This document shows positions 49,134-57,596 of a stretch of 64,000 nt of DNA, in pieces (the first letter of the stretch is position 1; every line of letters begins with the position of its first letter). The DNA is from Escherichia phage vB_EcoM_Goslar. The stretch lies in the sequence record NC_048170.1, one strand, 5' to 3'. The notes under the pieces were generated by a model, which saw only the letters and a list, made by a program, of their open reading frames with translations, was not told the origin of the DNA and searched no databases. Made by a program: the position numbers and the translations under genes.

Positions 49134-50585
49134 ATGAAACTCAAACAAAGCTGGAAAGACGAACTCCTTGCGCTAGTAAACAGCAAAAACAGCTTACAAC
49201 TGACGTTAGACGATGTAAAATTTGAACTGACGGCACCGGTAAGCGAAGTGCCTGGAACGGTTGTTGTTACGATCAAACCGAACGACGATAGCCGTTACTT
49301 TAACGAGCAATCTCTGACCTACGTTCGTCGAGACATCGCTAAAAACTTCACCGGGATCCCGTTACGGGTTATCGTTAAAAATGATACCGCCGTAAGGGAT
49401 ATCATCAATACGATCGCTGAACGTTACGGATTAGTATTTGACACAACCGTCGACTTCCTCGAATCCGAGCTGAATAAACAAATTACGTTCGCAGACACCG
49501 GTATTAAAGACATTACGGTTCCGGTTGCAAACACGTCTTATGTTTGGGCGGGTAATCTTCAGTTCAATATCGCTAACGATACGTTGAGCTTGATTACGAT
49601 CATCAAGCAAACCAATCTTACGAATCTGGTTTATCTGGATGGTGTTGAAGCTGACACATCGGGTTCGTTACTATTAGCAACAACCTCGGTTATCGGCGAA
49701 AACGGAAATGCCGAAACAACTGAAGGTGTCCTTGACGCCGCGTACTTCCAGAATATCCTGAACGTCATGGTTCGTTATGGTGATATTAACAGCGAACAAA
49801 TGCAACAAGCAATGCAGACAATTAACCAAAGCGAAGACGCTCGTAGAGTAGAAGTGCGGTCATACGGTGACGCCGAGTTACTGGTAACCACCAAGAAAGA
49901 TTGGGTTATCGGTAGCCTTAAGGGTGCTATGGTTGTTGGTCACGCTTCACCTAAACCGATCCAATACGTTCTTAAAACAAAAGGCGGCACCATTATATTG
50001 TCATTAGATGGTTGGACAAATGTCAATATCGATTGGGGTGATGGGAATAAGACGACGCAGGACTCAGGCGATAATGAATATCAGCACAATTATGCTGACA
50101 CTACAGAACGTACAATCGTCGCTACGGGTACCCCTACCAACACTGAAGATACAGACGTACAGCAAAGCTTCACCGGTGGTAACATCACTGAAATCGTTGA
50201 CTGGAACAACGGATTACCTAAGGCCCCATCATTCCTTGCGGCGAACAGTTTAATTAAGGTTCCCGATTATATCCCGGCATATTGGACGTCGTTAGAAAGT
50301 ATGTTTACGCGATGCAGCGCTATTAACGACGTGAGCATCACCAAATGGAACACCCGCAACGTTACTTCAATGAAGGACCTCTTCTACGGTTGCGCTACGT
50401 TCAACCAACCGATCGGTTCGTGGGATGTTTCGTCTGTTAAGAATGCAGACAATATGTTGTCTGGGTGCTTCGCGTTCAATCAGGATCTGAGTGGTTGGAC
50501 ATTCCCGGCAGGCACTTCACACATCAACTACGACGGCATGACCGCCGCATGGCAGCCTGATCACAAACCACGCTTCACCGAGTAA
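49134..50585 (+). CDS. receptor-binding-like protein: shared N-terminal module plus C-terminal DUF285-like repeats
   Basis: N-terminus MKLKQSWKDELLALVNSKNS...RRDIAKNFTGIPLRVIVKND...YGLVFDTTVDF aligns with 6868..7413 and 1..1081; C-terminus WNTRNVTSMKDLFYGCATFNQPIGSWDVSSVKNADNMLSGCFAFNQDLSGW. Confidence 0.6.
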   Translation: MKLKQSWKDELLALVNSKNSLQLTLDDVKFELTAPVSEVPGTVVVTIKPNDDSRYFNEQSLTYVRRDIAKNFTGIPLRVIVKNDTAVRDIINTIAERYGLVFDTTVDFLESELNKQITFADTGIKDITVPVANTSYVWAGNLQFNIANDTLSLITIIKQTNLTNLVYLDGVEADTSGSLLLATTSVIGENGNAETTEGVLDAAYFQNILNVMVRYGDINSEQMQQAMQTINQSEDARRVEVRSYGDAELLVTTKKDWVIGSLKGAMVVGHASPKPIQYVLKTKGGTIILSLDGWTNVNIDWGDGNKTTQDSGDNEYQHNYADTTERTIVATGTPTNTEDTDVQQSFTGGNITEIVDWNNGLPKAPSFLAANSLIKVPDYIPAYWTSLESMFTRCSAINDVSITKWNTRNVTSMKDLFYGCATFNQPIGSWDVSSVKNADNMLSGCFAFNQDLSGWTFPAGTSHINYDGMTAAWQPDHKPRFTE

Positions 50586-50606
50586 AAAAAAAAATAGTTA
50601 GCATAT

Positions 50607-50645
50607 CTTCCTCCCTACCCATAACGGGCGGGGAGGAAGGTTTAT
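50607..50645 (+). terminator. terminator between convergent genes (near-perfect 14-bp stem, loop ataac, then GUUUAU)
   Basis: cttcctccctaccc-ataac-gggcggggaggaag then gtttat; follows stop of 49134..50585. Confidence 0.6.
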
Positions 50646-50656
50646 GACGATTTAAT

Positions 50657-50995
50657 TTAGAACCAGAGTTCTTTCATGAAGTAGGCTTCCACATCGTAGA
50701 TAAGCCATTCGTCAGGGATTTCTAAAGGATCGTCTTCGGTTAAGGTCAGCATGTGTAAGGCGAACGCACGCTTAATATCGTTCAGCAGTTTCTCGTCGTC
50801 GTAACCTTCTGGTAGTTTACGGTCTACCAGCTGGGTTTGTTTATAGACATCGCGGAACGCTTCAGGGTTGTGTTTATCCATCGGGAATTGTTCAGCAGCC
50901 TGAACCATCGAAAGCGTCCAGCTTACAACATTGTAACGCTCACCGTTAATTTCACTGAACTGATCATCGATTAAACAAATTTGTTGTACGTTCAT
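50657..50995 (-). CDS. hypothetical protein (112 aa)
   Basis: ORF track. Confidence 0.4.
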   Translation of the reverse strand: MNVQQICLIDDQFSEINGERYNVVSWTLSMVQAAEQFPMDKHNPEAFRDVYKQTQLVDRKLPEGYDDEKLLNDIKRAFALHMLTLTEDDPLEIPDEWLIYDVEAYFMKELWF

Positions 50996-51912
50996 TCATT
51001 TTCTCCATTCTTATCTTGGTCGCAATCACACTCTTCGACGTCTTTCTTACTTAAACGTAAGACACTGAGTGCAGCACGCTTAAGTTCTTGCAACGCGCTT
51101 TTCAGCTGACCTTCTTCATCGAAATCAAAATACTTCTCGTTGTAGCTTAATGCTGGAATCATATTTACGAGAGGTTCGATGGCGGGCATCAGCATTTCAA
51201 TGACGACCTTAGGATCAACAAAGCGTTCGAACCCTTCAGGAAGTTTGCTCGCTACAACCTTATCGTTTTTGATGTAGAATTTGTTCTTGAACAAATCGTC
51301 AAGAATAGCATTCTCTTCATCCGTACGTTTTGCGTGAGGACGATCGATCATCTGCACAAACACATCGCTCAACGCTTCAGGCAACGTCGGATTTTCACGA
51401 AGATAAGTTCCGGCCGGAATTTCAATATCGATCTTCGTCCACTCAACAACCTGGTGGTCTCGCGTATAGATGACGTCAACTTCCCATGCCAGGCCATCAG
51501 CGCTTTCTACGGTGTAACGTGTTTTCGCCTGGCCTTCAGGAGCCATGCGCTCGATCGCGTCAAACATCTCGACTGGGATTTCGACTTCGCTTTCCGTTGC
51601 ATCACCTGGACCACGATACACCTTCGTGGTCATGATGTATTTCGGCTCTTCGTTATCGATCTGTATCGCACGTGCGCGCACCTGACCTTTCACACCACCA
51701 ACGGCTGTGTTATCAAACAACCATTGATGTTGCACCATATGTTCGATTTTTGATGCGACTTGACGAAGACGTTCAACACCGTCTTCAGCCAGTTTACCAA
51801 AGAAGACCAGCTCACGTTCCTGCTGTGTCTCACCACTTAACATCATTAGATTGGCGATTTGTTTCACGCCTCTTACTTGTGACATACATGCTCCGGTTAT
51901 AAGGGCCTGCAT
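50992..51912 (-). CDS. hypothetical protein (306 aa)
   Basis: ORF track. Confidence 0.45.
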   Translation of the reverse strand: MQALITGACMSQVRGVKQIANLMMLSGETQQERELVFFGKLAEDGVERLRQVASKIEHMVQHQWLFDNTAVGGVKGQVRARAIQIDNEEPKYIMTTKVYRGPGDATESEVEIPVEMFDAIERMAPEGQAKTRYTVESADGLAWEVDVIYTRDHQVVEWTKIDIEIPAGTYLRENPTLPEALSDVFVQMIDRPHAKRTDEENAILDDLFKNKFYIKNDKVVASKLPEGFERFVDPKVVIEMLMPAIEPLVNMIPALSYNEKYFDFDEEGQLKSALQELKRAALSVLRLSKKDVEECDCDQDKNGENE

Positions 51913-51953
51913 CTAGGCCCTTCATTGATTTTTGATTCCACCAAACGCTATCG

Positions 51954-53528
51954 TTACAATTCAAAATCTTCATCGATAACACGCTGGGTAAGCACCTTGT
52001 CGCTGAAGAACTCCACCTTGCGCTGATGGTATTTACGGTGCGCTTCGATAGATGTACATACCAGATACCAGAACGTTGGTGTCATTCCTTCGAACTTCCC
52101 TTTCAGCTGACGTAGGCGTCCCAATACCTGAATGTTACCGGTTCGTGACCCCATCGCTAACGTCATGAACGTCATCACCAAGTCAGGGAGGTCGATACCT
52201 GTACCTGCCGATTTCACCGTCGTAACGCTGATATCGTTATCCAACAAGACCATGAAATCTTCTTCAGCAGTATAAGGACCAATCTCTAACTCAGGAATAC
52301 GTTCACTGAGATAATGCGATAACGACTTACACATATCAACGGTTGCACAATACACCAGCATCTTCATGCCTTCCTGATACTGGTTCATGAAACCTTTGAT
52401 GATAACGGTATAGATAAAGTTGAAATAGGCGAGTTTGAGTTGCTTGTTCTTCATGATAGACTGTTCGAATATCGTGTGAGAATAAGAACCCCCAAAGCCT
52501 TTGTATCTGACTTTATCTGTACTGCGTAATCGATACGTTACCGCATTTACCGCAATGTATTTCTTGTATTCGCATTTCGCATAACGTGCTTCTTTCGGAT
52601 ACATCAAATACAACATCCGTTCGATGAACGGATCGTCGGACACTGCCGTTGCTGACAGATAGATGATTTCCGGAATATTCGCGTAACACTTCACTTTGAA
52701 CAAGAAATGCAATGCTTCGTGACATTCATCATGGATTAACAACCCAATGCCTGTTTTCTCCCAGAACTCGACAGGATGGAAAACATAAGGTGCGACACAG
52801 TTGTTCTTTTCATAATCGGTTATGTATCTCTGAAACATGTTCAGCGAGAATAACGCAATTTTGAAATCCAGCTCACCTTGTTCCACCAACGTCTGGAATT
52901 CCAGCATGCTGTAACGAGGAATGTCTGGATGTGGTGGGTCAGATTGAGCTGTGCCACGTATCTCGATAACATCGCCCGGTTCCATACCGAAGAAACTTAG
53001 CAGTGAGCTACGCCAACCAGGCATGTATCTCGGTGACAGGATAATACCCGTCCGTACACCGCGTCGGAAGGTGATCTCCTGCGACATGGCTGTTTTACCA
53101 GACCCCGTGCCTGCGGTGTTTAAGCTCATTCTGAAGGGGGTATCCTTACCCCCGTCCATGTACTCCAACCATTCTTGTTGATCTTCACGCCACGGAAACT
53201 TCCATTTCTTTACGAACTCCACTTCCTTACCTGGCACTGGATCGTGATAAACGATTTCCAACCACTCTTTTCGGATTCCTCGAGAGAAGATAAAATCCAA
53301 AAACGATTTCAACTGTTCGCGGAGTAAGTATACCTCGCTATAATCGCTTCTCGCTGCGGCATACGTGTTTATGGTATCGGTAACCATTCTCCGTGTACGA
53401 GGGTCACGCCGTTTCCTCAGATGCAAACAACGGTCTCGAAGGTAATGGCCGATAAGATGGGCAAATCGAAGTCCGTATCCGCTCAGCCTCATGCCATGCG
53501 AGAAGACGTCGATACGAGCTAACTTCAT
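51954..53528 (-). CDS. superfamily II DExH-box helicase
   Basis: Motif I GTGSGKT, motif II LIHDECHE, motif III LSATAV, motif V AGTGIDLPD, motif VI QVLGRLRQ. Confidence 0.65.
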   Translation of the reverse strand: MKLARIDVFSHGMRLSGYGLRFAHLIGHYLRDRCLHLRKRRDPRTRRMVTDTINTYAAARSDYSEVYLLREQLKSFLDFIFSRGIRKEWLEIVYHDPVPGKEVEFVKKWKFPWREDQQEWLEYMDGGKDTPFRMSLNTAGTGSGKTAMSQEITFRRGVRTGIILSPRYMPGWRSSLLSFFGMEPGDVIEIRGTAQSDPPHPDIPRYSMLEFQTLVEQGELDFKIALFSLNMFQRYITDYEKNNCVAPYVFHPVEFWEKTGIGLLIHDECHEALHFLFKVKCYANIPEIIYLSATAVSDDPFIERMLYLMYPKEARYAKCEYKKYIAVNAVTYRLRSTDKVRYKGFGGSYSHTIFEQSIMKNKQLKLAYFNFIYTVIIKGFMNQYQEGMKMLVYCATVDMCKSLSHYLSERIPELEIGPYTAEEDFMVLLDNDISVTTVKSAGTGIDLPDLVMTFMTLAMGSRTGNIQVLGRLRQLKGKFEGMTPTFWYLVCTSIEAHRKYHQRKVEFFSDKVLTQRVIDEDFEL

Positions 53529-55531
53529 AACGTGATTACATCCTCCGGTTTAGGTTCTTTACGCGGTAAAAGCATGTAGTCGATCGGATGATCCGGCTTC
53601 ATGGTTGGGATATAACTGTTCGGGTTTTGGAACGCATCCAGTTGCTCTTGGTGAGCGAACTTCATACTCAAGGAGCGCATGTTCATGTTCTTCTTGAAGG
53701 TACTGAAGTATCGTGTTGTTCCCTGTTTCGGCATGCGATAATCTTTCGTGTGTGGTGAACGAATCATGCTGGCGTAGAGAATAACATCGAGATGCGAAAG
53801 GTTCATTCGCAGACGCTGGGCACACAGACGATGCCAATAGTACAGCACGTTTGCAACTTCTTCCGGTGTCGCTTCGTCTTCCGAAAGGAATCCGGCACTG
53901 AAAGAACCTTTCCCGAATTTGAATTCACGTTCGATTTCTTTTGCGTATTCCATCATGTTTTTGTGGATTAACGGCATCTGGAATAACGTACGTGAATTGT
54001 CCCAATGTTTCAAGTCGAAAATCACAATCCCGTCAGACGTCACTTCCCAGCTATGGCGTTTAAGATAACGGATAAACGCTTTACTCGGGACAACGGGACG
54101 TCCACAGAAATCGAAATTGACTTTGAGCTTACGGTAGCTTTCATCTTTCCTGTCGTAAATCTCCATATCACAAAGCGTCATGTTAAACAGGCGTTGCGGT
54201 ATCAGCGAACTGATTTCTTCCGCTTCCGCTACATCGTACAACATGTTCGCAAGACCTAACTTCATCTTAATCAGCACGTGTTTACCTTTCAGCTCACGTG
54301 CGAGTTTGATGTCGTTCATATTCTGGCTGTAGCGAAGGATATGTTGATATTCCGGTGGGATTGGTGCTGTGGATACCGTTGACGAACCATCATGGTGTTT
54401 GGTAGAAAGAATGTTCTGCGTTACCTGTTGCGAACAGGTACGCGCTGCGCCATCGCCGACATTATCGGTTAGTGCGAAGTTATGACTTAATTCACCGTAA
54501 CACGTCGTACATACCCCAGCAGGATCGGGATGATGACAATAGTTAACGGAGCGCATACGCACTGTGGTGCCGATCAATTCTTTCATGTGTGGTTGTATCG
54601 CTACCAACGAACCGTCATCGCGAATAATGAATCGACCGTGGAAGCCACGCAGGTCGGTCTCATCACGGATTGGCATCGGGATGGTCTCTTTACTACCACA
54701 ATCTCCAGGATGGAGTCGTTGTACAACCGCTGTCGCTATCTGAAGTTCACGACCGAAATATTCAGACTTCTTGATCTGCTCTTTGTTGAACAGCAACGAC
54801 TTCGCCGCAGAACGACTTTCTTTCAAGCTGTCGGGAAGAGAGATCAAACCTGCCGCGTACGACCGCATTACTGGATCACGGAATATCTCGGAGTTAATAT
54901 CGGTCAAGAATCCACGCATCCCAATACACTGCAGCACCTGCCCAATCGAAACGTGTTCGGTTCGTACCGCACGCGCAATAGGGTTTGCGTGTAACGTTTT
55001 ATCGGTGCTCAGTACCTTGGTCAGTTTCTTGTATGCGCTTTCGATACCTTCACGGGTGGGTTCCGCTTCGGCGATGATTTTCTTAACTTCAGGATGTACG
55101 GTAATCTGATAAAAATCATCCGCGCAAATAGTCGTTACGTATTCCTCCAGCGCATACGTAAAGAAGTTATATACATTGTTAAACATATCGAACAATGCTT
55201 TCCAGAGAACCTCACGATTCTCTTGTGGATAAGCATACATGCATTGACGATACGCGGCGCTTTGCAACGCAACCGACGAACCAGCAGTAAACTTGCGTTT
55301 ATCGACCAGGTTCTCTTTTGTCAATGGTGTCTCAGGATACATGCGATGCACAGACCAGTGCATGTAACTAAAGAAAATGCGTCGCGCACGCAATTCATGA
55401 ACGCCATCGTCCATCTCGATATATACACGGTCATTAGGCTGTGCCCACTCGAATACTTCATCAACCGGCCAGTGCATAAGCTCGCGTGCCCTCACACGAC
55501 GTTTCGTGGTGGTCGTCTGTGTTATAGTCAT
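53525..55531 (-). CDS. multisubunit RNA polymerase beta-prime-like protein (C-terminal half homolog)
   Basis: VRMRSVNYCHHPDPAGVCTTCYGEL...AARTCSQQVTQNILSTKHHDG parallels E. coli beta-prime [22 protein letters not shown]...[22 protein letters not shown]; upstream IGQVLQCIGMRGFL parallels LNVLQYFISTHGAR; no NADFDGD motif, consistent with a split subunit. Confidence 0.55.
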   Translation of the reverse strand: MTITQTTTTKRRVRARELMHWPVDEVFEWAQPNDRVYIEMDDGVHELRARRIFFSYMHWSVHRMYPETPLTKENLVDKRKFTAGSSVALQSAAYRQCMYAYPQENREVLWKALFDMFNNVYNFFTYALEEYVTTICADDFYQITVHPEVKKIIAEAEPTREGIESAYKKLTKVLSTDKTLHANPIARAVRTEHVSIGQVLQCIGMRGFLTDINSEIFRDPVMRSYAAGLISLPDSLKESRSAAKSLLFNKEQIKKSEYFGRELQIATAVVQRLHPGDCGSKETIPMPIRDETDLRGFHGRFIIRDDGSLVAIQPHMKELIGTTVRMRSVNYCHHPDPAGVCTTCYGELSHNFALTDNVGDGAARTCSQQVTQNILSTKHHDGSSTVSTAPIPPEYQHILRYSQNMNDIKLARELKGKHVLIKMKLGLANMLYDVAEAEEISSLIPQRLFNMTLCDMEIYDRKDESYRKLKVNFDFCGRPVVPSKAFIRYLKRHSWEVTSDGIVIFDLKHWDNSRTLFQMPLIHKNMMEYAKEIEREFKFGKGSFSAGFLSEDEATPEEVANVLYYWHRLCAQRLRMNLSHLDVILYASMIRSPHTKDYRMPKQGTTRYFSTFKKNMNMRSLSMKFAHQEQLDAFQNPNSYIPTMKPDHPIDYMLLPRKEPKPEDVITL

Positions 55532-55676
55532 TATTGCTTTCCGATTTAAATGGTTTTATCATACGGTTTACCAAATCCGTTGGACTTTACTATCGTTGTG
55601 ATAGCATTGGGAATCCCTTCCCTTAGGTTATGTAGGTGTTAATATATCTCCACTGCTGACCTTTATGTCGGCAGCA

Positions 55677-56162
55677 TTATCCAGCTTTCTGTTGTAAAGC
55701 GTATGGATCCATAGCGTCTGACATATCCGCAAAAACGGTGAGAATAAACCCCTTTATCTGTCTCACCTCGGTTACACGAAGCCCTTTATCATTGCGATAT
55801 ACGTTTTCTTCACCGACTAACTTTGGTCGAATAACATAAACTCCATCAACAAGCGGGAATGTCGGATACGGATAAATACCAATACGAATGATGTTTGGGC
55901 GATCGCCTAGAAGGTCACGTCCAAACTTATCGACTCGACCATAAATCGCCCCATCCGCACCTTCCACCTCAATGAGATCGTTTCGAATATCCTGAAATAG
56001 CTGCTCTAACGTGTCGGCGGGATACGCATATGCGACGCCTAACGCTGGATCCTCAATGGTTTTGACACTGAATCCGTTAAGCCAAACAATCCGTTCATCC
56101 GCCCATGTTTCTTCATATACCGTTAATCCATCGCCGTATATGTTGGCGTGTGCTATCTCCAT
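55677..56162 (-). CDS. hypothetical protein (161 aa)
   Basis: ORF track. Confidence 0.45.
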   Translation of the reverse strand: MEIAHANIYGDGLTVYEETWADERIVWLNGFSVKTIEDPALGVAYAYPADTLEQLFQDIRNDLIEVEGADGAIYGRVDKFGRDLLGDRPNIIRIGIYPYPTFPLVDGVYVIRPKLVGEENVYRNDKGLRVTEVRQIKGFILTVFADMSDAMDPYALQQKAG

Positions 56163-56276
56163 AATCTCATTTCCTCTTATACGTTAGGATAGATGACATG
56201 TTTGATATACGTTGCCTTTGCATATATTGCTTTATTTCCGTCAGAAATAACGGAAAATAAAAACAACGACATAGTT

Positions 56277-56306
56277 CCCTCCCACCTCCACATGGGAGAG
56301 GGAGGG
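56277..56306 (-). terminator. hairpin CCCTCCC-acctccacatgggaga-GGGAGGG, U-rich 3' flank on minus strand
   Basis: Inverted repeat; loop shares cacatggg with hairpin at 57135..57163. Confidence 0.45.
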
Positions 56307-56319
56307 CTATTCGTGTTTA

Positions 56320-56682
56320 TTACTCTATGCTGTCTTCTTCAGCACAATCCTCTTCTGAACCATCGAACGTTTTCTGCACTGCAGTGGTATCCCAGTTGGC
56401 AGCGTAATCAGCCATCGCTTCGCGCAGTGCTTCCTCACCAGCATCACCGGCCAGGTCAAGTACAACCAAACCTTGCGCGACGTTTTGAGCGACAGTATCA
56501 ATAACGGTCGCATCTTCTTCAAAACTACGTACCGGTTCAATGGTGCCTACATCAACAGCATAGTTCGTGGTCGCTGTAAGCACGGCGACTTGTAGCGCAT
56601 CACTATCTTCATCGTGCAATGCTGCTTCAATACCGATTGGACGGGCCAGTTCTTGTAGTGTTAATTTGCGAATTAAGTTCAT
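56320..56682 (-). CDS. highly acidic protein (120 aa)
   Basis: Asp/Glu-rich throughout, ends ...DGSEEDCAEEDSIE. Confidence 0.4.
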   Translation of the reverse strand: MNLIRKLTLQELARPIGIEAALHDEDSDALQVAVLTATTNYAVDVGTIEPVRSFEEDATVIDTVAQNVAQGLVVLDLAGDAGEEALREAMADYAANWDTTAVQKTFDGSEEDCAEEDSIE

Positions 56683-56704
56683 TATGTTTTTCCTCAGGTG
56701 AATG

Positions 56705-57055
56705 TTAGCAATCGTTTAAAACTTTTTCGATACGATGGTTGACGAATTCATTGAACGACTCTTCGGCTTGTTCGATAATTTCATCAACATCGATATCTAA
56801 TTGTTGGGGTTGGATGACATGCTCTTTCATGGTTTCTAGCCAGTATTCGGCTTTAACCATAACGTTAGCGACTTGTTCGACCTGACTGCGTATGTCGACG
56901 ATCTGGCAATCAGGATTGTTAATATCGATGATGTGTCCGTGGTGTTTGATAAACCCTAACTTATTCGACGCCCTTACCGCATCGCGGGCAAGCTCTTGCA
57001 AGATTAAATTATTTACATAGTTCACTGCTATGGAACGACTTTCTTTATCACTCAT
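56705..57055 (-). CDS. hypothetical protein (116 aa)
   Basis: ORF track. Confidence 0.4.
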   Translation of the reverse strand: MSDKESRSIAVNYVNNLILQELARDAVRASNKLGFIKHHGHIIDINNPDCQIVDIRSQVEQVANVMVKAEYWLETMKEHVIQPQQLDIDVDEIIEQAEESFNEFVNHRIEKVLNDC

Positions 57056-57134
57056 ACCAGGGATCCTCTTTTAAGTGTTCACATTCTAGTGTTAAGCAGT
57101 TAAAATAAACCGTCCCTTTAATCAGCATAAACAT

Positions 57135-57163
57135 CCTCCTCCCACCACATGGGCAGGAGGAGG
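57135..57163 (-). terminator. hairpin CCTCCTCC-caccacatgggca-GGAGGAGG downstream of 57175..57585
   Basis: Inverted repeat; related to hairpin at 56277..56306. Confidence 0.45.
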
Positions 57164-57174
57164 CGTAATATGCA

Positions 57175-57585
57175 TCAGAAAGGAGGACGATCTTTAAATT
57201 CTAACAACGTGTCTTCGAAGCAAGCGATGAGTTCAGACTGTAATTCGGTACGGCCTTGTTCACCGAAGAGTTCCAGCAACATTAACCCCCGAGCGGTCTT
57301 CGTAGCAACCTCTTCGCAGATGCGGAGATCGTGAACTTCATCATCGTTGACATCTTTACGCAACTGTGCCGCAATGGGCTTAAGATTGCCGTTTTCATCG
57401 TGTTCGTCACGAAATGCATCATAAGCCGCATCGATGTTCGCGATCCGTGTCAATCCTTCAGAATCCCGCCAATCTCGATATAATCCAAGAAGACGATTAT
57501 GATTCTTCGTTTTGACGTTCGGTGCTGGAAGGTTGCGCAACAGATGTGGCGTAATCATTGCTATCACGCTATCCGAATGATTCAT
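57175..57585 (-). CDS. hypothetical protein (136 aa)
   Basis: ORF track. Confidence 0.4.
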   Translation of the reverse strand: MNHSDSVIAMITPHLLRNLPAPNVKTKNHNRLLGLYRDWRDSEGLTRIANIDAAYDAFRDEHDENGNLKPIAAQLRKDVNDDEVHDLRICEEVATKTARGLMLLELFGEQGRTELQSELIACFEDTLLEFKDRPPF

Positions 57586-57596
57586 CGTATACCTCG

